DNA from: Eledone cirrhosa
Taxonomy: Eukaryota
Length of the DNA: 64,000 nucleotides
Direction of reading: 5' to 3'
NCBI GenBank assembly: GCA_964016885.1
Contig: OZ024741.1
Coordinates: forward strand, 410,750,001 to 410,814,000
Made by a program: the position numbers and the translations under genes. Under the pieces are notes generated by a model. It ran no database searches and was not told the DNA's origin. It worked only from the letters and a program-made list of their open reading frames with translations. Positions 55,701-64,000 of the stretch are shown here, piece by piece (the first letter of the stretch is position 1; each line of letters begins with the position of its first letter).

Positions 55701-58700
55701 AACAGTAGGACATACGTATAACACAGAAGATATAGAACAATATAATATAACAGAAGGACATAGGTATAACAGAGGATATAGAACAATATAATATAACAGT
55801 AGGACATACGTATAACACATAAGATATAGAACAATATAATATAACAGTAGAACATAGGTATAACAGAGTATATAGAACAATATAATATAACAGTAGGAGA
55901 TAGGTATAGCAGAGGATATAGAACAATATAATATAACAGTAGTACATACGTATAACACAGAAGATATAGAACGATATAATATAACATTCGGACATAGGTA
56001 TAACACAGAGGATATAAAATAATATAATATAACAGTAGGACATACTCATAACACATAAGAAATAGAACAATATAATATAACAGTAGGACATAGGTATAAC
56101 ACAGAGGATATAGAACAATATAATATAACAGTAGGATATAGGTACAACAGAGGATATAGAACAATATCGTATAACAGTAGTACATACGTATAACACAGAA
56201 GATATAGAACAATATAATATAACAGTAGGCATATGTATAACGCAGAGAATATAGTACAATATAATATAACACTAGGACATACGTATAACACAGAGGATAT
56301 AGAACAATATAATATAACAGTAGGACATAGGTATAACAGAGGATATATAACAATATAATATAACAGTAGGATATAGGTATAACAGAGGATATAGAACAAT
56401 ATAATAGTAGACATACGTATAACACAGAAGTTATAGAACAATATAATATAACAGTATGATATAGGTATAACAGAGGATGAAGAACAATATAATATAAAAG
56501 TAGGACATAGGTATAACACACAGGATATAGAACAATATTATATAATAGAAGGACATACGTATAACACAGAGGATATAGAACAATATAATATAACTTTAAG
56601 ACATACGTATAACACAGAGGATATAGAACAATATAACATAACAGTAGGACATACGTATAACAGAGGATATAGAACAATATAATATAACAGTAGGACATAG
56701 GTATAACACAGAGCATAGAACAATATAATATAACAGTAGGACATATGTATAACACAGAAGATATAGAACAATATAATATAACAGTAGGACATAAGTATAA
56801 CACTGAGGATATGATATAATGGAATATAACCATAGGACATAGGTATGACAGAGGATATAGAACAATATAATATAACAGTAGAACACAGGTATAACAGAGG
56901 ATATAGAACAATATAATGTAACAGTAGGACATACGTATAACAGAGGATATAGAACAATATAATATAACAGTAGGACATACGTATAACACAGAGGATATAG
57001 AACAATATAATATAACAGTAGGACATAGGTATGACAGAGGGTATAGAACAATATAATATAACAGTAAACATATGTATAACACAGAGGATATAGTACAATA
57101 TATTATAACAGTAGGACATACGTATAACACAGAGGATATAGAACAATATAATATAACAGTAGGAGATATGTATAACACAGAAGATATAGAACAATATAAT
57201 ATAACAGTAGGACATAGGTATAACACTGAGGATATGATATAATGTAATATAACCGTAGGACATAGGTATGACAGAGTATATAGAACAATATAATATAACA
57301 GTAGAACACAGGTATAACAGAGGATATAGAACAATATAATGTAACAGAAGGACATACGTATAACAGAGGATATAGAACAATATAATATAACAGTAGGACA
57401 TAGTTTTAGCAGAGGATATAGAACAATATAAGATAACAGTAGGACATACGTATAACACAGAAGATTTAGAACAATATATTTTAACAGTCGGACATAGGTA
57501 TAACATGCCCTACTGTTATATTATATTGTTCTATATATTCTGTGTTATACGTATGTACTACTGTTATATTATATTGTTCTTTATCTTCTGTTATACCTAT
57601 AACACAGAGGATATAAAATAATATAATATAACAGAGGATATAGAAAAATATAAGATAACGGTAGGACATACGTATAACACAGAGGATATAGAACAATATA
57701 ATATAACAGTAGAACATAGGTATAACAGAGAATATAGAACAATATATTATAACAGTAGGACATAGGTATAACAGAGGATATAGAACAATATAATATAACC
57801 GTAGGACATACGTATAACACAGAAGATATAGAACAATATAATATAACAGAAGGACATAGGTATGACAGAGGATATAGAACAATATAATATAACAGTAGAA
57901 CACAGGTATAACAGAGGATATAGAACAATATAATATAACAGTAGGACATACGTATAACACAGAAGATATAGAACAATATAATATAACAGAAGGACATAGG
58001 TATAACAGAGGATATAGAACAATATAATATAACAGTAGGATATACGTATAACACGGAGGATATAGAACAATATAATATAACAGTAGGACATACGTATAAC
58101 ACAGAAGATATAGAACAATATAATATAACAGAAGGACATAGGTATAACAGAGGATATAGAACAATATAATATAACAGTAGGACATACGTATAACACAGAA
58201 GATATAGAACAATATAATATAACAGTAGAACATAGGTATAACAGAGGATATAGAACAATATAATATAAAAGTAGGATCTACACTAAGGTATAACAGAGGA
58301 TATAGAACAATATAATATAAAAGTAGGATCTACACTAAGGTATAACAGTGGATATAGAACAATATAACTGTAGGATACAGGTATAACAGAGGATATAGAA
58401 CATATAAAGTATAACATTAGGACATACATATAACAGAGGATATAGAACAATATAATATAACAGTATTACATACGTATAACACAGAGGATATAGAACAATA
58501 TAATATAACAGTAGGACATAGGTATAACACAGAGGATATAGAACAATATAATATAACAGTAGGAGATACGTATAACACAGAGAATATAGAACAATATAAT
58601 ATAACAGTAGGATATAGTTATAACAGAGGATATAGAATAATATAAGATAACAGTAGGACATATGAATAACACAGTGGATATAGAATAATATAATATAACA

Positions 58701-61700
58701 GTAGGACATAGGTATAGCAGAGGATATAGAACAATGTAAGATAACAGTAGGACATACGTATAACACAGAGGATATAGAACAATATAATATAACAGTCGGG
58801 CATAGGTATAACACAGAGGATATAAAATAATATAATATTACAGTAGGAATACGCATAACACAGAAGATATAGAACAATATAATATAAAAGTAGGATATAC
58901 GTATAACAGAGGATATAGAACAATATAATATAACAGTAGGACATATGTATAACACAGAGGATATAGAACAATATCGTATAACATTAGGCCATACGTATAA
59001 CAGAGGATATAGAACAATATAATATAACAGTAGAACATAGGTATAACAGAGGATATAGAACAATATAATATAAAAGTAGGATATACACGTAGGTATAACA
59101 GAGGATATAGAACAATATAATATAACAGTAGGATATAGGTATAACAGAGGATATAGAATATAATATAACTGTAGGATATCGGTATAACAGAGGATATAGA
59201 ACAATATCGTATAACATTAGGACATACTTACAACAGAGGATATAGAACAATATAATATAAGAGTATTACGTACGTATAACACAGAGGATATAGAACAATA
59301 TAATATAACAGTAGGACATAGGTATAACACAGAGGATATAGAACAATATAATATAACAGTAGGACATACGTATAACACGGAGGATATAGAACAATATAAT
59401 ATAACAGTAGGATATAGGTATAAAAGAGGATATAGAACAATATAATATAACAGTAGTACATACGTATAACACAGAGGATATGGAACAATATAATATAACA
59501 GTAGGACATAGGTATAACACAGAGGATATAGAACAATATAATATACCAGTAGGACATACGTATAACACAGAAGATATAGAACAATATAATATAACAGAAG
59601 GACATAGGTATAACAGAGGATATAGAACAATATAATATAACAGTAGGACATACGTATAACACAGAAGATATAGAACAAGATAATATAACAGTAGAACATA
59701 GGTATAACAGAGGATATAGAACAATATAATATAAAAGTAGGATCTACACTAACGTATAACAGAGGATATAGAACAATATAATATAACAGTAGGAGATAGG
59801 TATAACAGAGGATATAGTACAATATAATATAACAGTAGTACATACGTATAACACAGAAGATATAGAACGATATAATATAACAGTAGGACATACGTATAAC
59901 ACAGAGAATATAGAACAATATAATATAACAGTAGGATATAGAATAATATAAGATATCAGTAGGACATATGTATAACACAGAGGATATAGAACAATATAAT
60001 ATAACAGTAGGACATACGTATAACACAGACGATATAGAACAATATAATATAACAGAAGGACATAGGTATAACAGAGGATATAGAACAATATAATATAACA
60101 GTAGGACATACGTATAACACAGAAGATATAGAACAATATAATATAACAGAAGGACATAGGTATAACAGAGGATATAGAACAATATAATATAACAGTAGGA
60201 CATACGTATAACACAGAAGATATAGAACAAGATAATATAACAGTAGAACATAGGTATAACAGAGGATATAGAACAATATAATATAAAAGTAGGATCTACA
60301 CTAAGGTATAACAGAGGATATAGAACAATATAATATAACAGTAGGAGATAGGTATAACAGAGGATATAGTACAATATAATATAACAGTAGTACATACGTA
60401 TAACACAGAAGATATAGAACGATATAATATAACAGTAGGACATACGTATAACACAGAGAATATAGAACAATATAATATAACAGTAGGATATAGAATAATA
60501 TAAGATAACAGTAGGACATATGTATAACACAGAGGATATAGAACAATATAATATAACAGTAGAACACAGGTATAACAGAGGATATAGAACGATGTAATAT
60601 AACAGTAGGATATAGGTATAACAGAGGATATAGAAAAATATAAGATAACGGTAGGACATACGTATAACACAGGGGATATAGAACAATATAATATAACATT
60701 CGGACATAGGTATAACACAGAGGATATAAAATAATATAATATAACAGTAGGACATACTCATAACACATAAGAAATAGAACAATATAATATAACAGTAGGA
60801 CATAGGTATAACACAGAGGATATAGAACAATATAATATAACAGTAGGATATAGGTATAACAGAGGATATAGAACAATATAATATAAAAGAAGGATATAGG
60901 TACAACAGAGGATATACAACAATATCGTATAACAGTAGTACATACGTATAACACAGAAGATATAGAACAATATAATATAACAGAAGGACATAGGTATAAC
61001 AGAGGATATAGAACAATATAATATAACAGTAGGACATACGTATAACACAGAGGATATAGAACAATATAATATAAAAGTAGGATCTACACTAAGGTATAAC
61101 AGAGGATATAGAACAATATAATATAAAAGTAGGATCTACACTAAGGTATAACAGGGGATATAGAACAATATAATATAACAGTAGGAGATATGTATAACAG
61201 AGGATATAGAACAATATAATATAACTGTAGGATATAGGTATAACAGAGGATATAGAACATATAAAGTATAACATTAGGACATACGTATAACAGAGGATAT
61301 AGAACAATATAATATAACAGTATTACATACGTATAACACAGAGGATATAGAACAATATAATATAACAGTAGGACATAGGTATAACACAGAGGATATAGAA
61401 CAATATAATATAACAGTAGGATATACGTATAACACAGAGAATATAGAACAATATAATATAACAGTAGGATATAGGTATAACAGAGGATATAGAATAATAT
61501 AAGATATCAGTATGACATATGTATAACACAGTGGATATAGAATAATATAATATAACAGTAGAACATAGGTATAACACAGAGGATATAAAATAATATAATA
61601 TTACAGTAGGACATACGCATAACACAGAAGATATAGAACAATATAATATAACAGTAGGATATAGGTATAACAGAGGATATAGAACAATATCGTATAAAAG

Positions 61701-64000
61701 TAGAACATAGGTATAACAGAGGATATATAACAATATAATATAAAAGTAGGATATACACGTAGGTATAACAGAGGATATATAACAATATAATATAAAAGTA
61801 GGATATACACGTAGGTATAACAGAGGATATAGAACAATATAATATAACAGTAGGATATAGGTATAACAGAGGATATAGAAAAATATAATATAACTGTAGG
61901 ATATAGGTATAACAGAGGATATAGTACAATATCGTATAACATTAGGACATACGTACAACAGAGGATATAGAACAATATAATATAAGAGTATTACGTACGT
62001 ATAACACAGAGGATATAGAACAATATAATATAACAGTAGGACATAGGTATAACACAGAGGATATAGAACAATATAATATAACAGTAGGACATACGTATAA
62101 CACGGAGGATATAGAACAATATAATATAACAGTAGGATATAGGTATAAAAGAGGATATAGAACAATATAATATAACAGTAGTACATACGTATAACACAGA
62201 GGATATAGAACAATATAATATAACAGTAGGACATAGGTATAACAAAGAGGATATAGAACAATATAATATACCAGTGGGATATAAGTTTAACAGAGGATAT
62301 AGAACAATATAATATAACAGTAGTACATACGTATAACACAGAAGATATAGAACAATATAATATAACAGTAGGACATACGTATAACACAGAGGATATAGAA
62401 CAATATAATATAACAGTAGGATATAGGTATAACAGAGGATATAGAAAAATATAATATAACAATAGGCATATGTATAACACAGAGGATATAGTACAATATA
62501 ATATAACAGTAAGACATACGTATAACACAGAGGATATAGAACAATATAATATAACAGTAGGACATAAGAATAACACAGAGGATATAGAACAATATAATAT
62601 AACAGTAGGACATAGGTATAACAGAGGATATATAACAATATAATATAACAGTAAGATATAAGTATAACAGAGGATATAGAACAATATAATAAAACAGTAG
62701 GATATAGGTATAACAGAGGATATAGAACAATATAATATAACTGTAGGATATAGGTATAACAGAGGATATAGAACAATATCGTATAACATTAGGACATACG
62801 TACAACAGAGGATATAGAACAATATAATATAAGAGTATTACGTACGTATAACACAGGATAAATAACAATATAATATAACAGTAGGACATAGGTATAACAC
62901 AGAGGATATAGAACAATATAATATAACAGTATGACATAAGTATAACAGAGGATATAGAACAATATAATATAAGCGTAGGACATAGTTATGACAGAGGATA
63001 TATAACAATATAATATAACAGTAGGATATAGGTATAACCGAGGATATAGAACAATATATTATAATAGTAGACATACGTATTACACAGAAGTTATAGAACA
63101 ATATAATATAACAGTATGATATAGGTATAACAGAGGATAAAGAACAATATAATATAAAAGTAGGACATAGGTATAACACACAGGATATAGAACAATCTTA
63201 TATAATAGTAGGACATACGTATAACACAGAGGATATAGAACAATATAATATAACTTTAGGATATACGTATAACACAGAGGATATAGAACAATATAATATA
63301 ACTGTAGGACATACGTATAACAGAGGATATAGAACAATATAATATAACAGTAGGACATAGGTATAACACAGAGGACATAGAACGAAATAATATAACAGTA
63401 GGACATAGGTATAACACAGACGATATAGAACAATATAATATAAAAGTAGGACATATGTATAACACAGAGGATATAGAACAATATAATATAACAGTAGGAC
63501 ATACGTATAACACAAAAGATATAGAACAATATAATATAACAGAAGGACATAGGTATAGCAGAGGATATAGAACAATATAATATAACAGTAGGACATACGT
63601 ATTACACAGAAGATATAGAACAATATAATATAACAGTAGAACATAGGTATAACAGAGGATATAGAACAATATAATATAAAAGTAGGATCTACACTAAGGT
63701 ATAACAGAGGATATAGAACAATATAATATAAAAGTAGGATCTACACTAAGGTATAACTGAGGATATAGAACAATATAATATAACAGTAGGAGATAGGTAT
63801 AACAGAGGATATAGAACAATATAATATAACTGTAGGATATAGGTATAACAGAGTATATAGAACAATAAAGTATAACATTAGGACATACGTATAACAGAGG
63901 ATATAGAACAATATAATATAGCAGTAGGACATACGTATAACACGGAGGATATAGAACAATATAATATAACAGTAGGATATAGGTATAACAGAGGATATAG
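49753..64000 (-). repeat. Same 46/48-bp satellite, inverted block, running off the window end; contains a ~96-bp re-inverted patch at 57505-57600
   Basis: Units read ACAGAGGATATAGAACAATATAATATAACAGTAGGACAT, the reverse complement of the forward block. Confidence 0.98.

Noticed and set aside
38316-64000. Many long Tyr/Ile/Leu/Cys-rich ORFs (up to 1187 aa)
   Set aside because: The consensus satellite unit lacks TAA, TAG and TGA on one strand, so all three frames stay open; 46/48-bp variants shift frame freely and the ORFs switch strand with the inversion.
1-64000. Common origin of the 37-bp and 46/48-bp satellites (TATCCCTGTGTATA vs TATCCTCTGTGTTATA)
   Set aside because: Only a short low-complexity match; not enough to claim homology.

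Overview
Eukaryotic (animal, AT-rich, spliceosomal-intron) genomic DNA; the repeat landscape suggests a mollusc/cephalopod, but that is inference. About two thirds of the window is tandem satellite: a 37-bp array at 1-17.1 kb and a 46/48-bp array at 38.3-64 kb that flips orientation at ~49.75 kb. The island between them holds coding exons 1-5 of an LHPP-like HAD phosphatase gene on the minus strand; exons 6-7 should lie beyond the window start. The top observation is in intron 3. A TTAA-flanked element with short terminal inverted repeats (19591-26797) contains an internal 72-bp tandem array, and that array is interrupted by a full-length, few-lesion Tx1-clade LINE (20268-25924). This mirrors the Xenopus Tx1D/Tx1L composite architecture. 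Other highlights: a bipartite RTE-derived element with a candidate pseudoknotted 5' RNA, a 211-bp TIR foldback with a nested hAT-type MITE, several inverted repeats around LHPP exons, minisatellites visibly derived from dispersed repeats, and satellite inversions. Nearly all long ORFs in the track are satellite artefacts.
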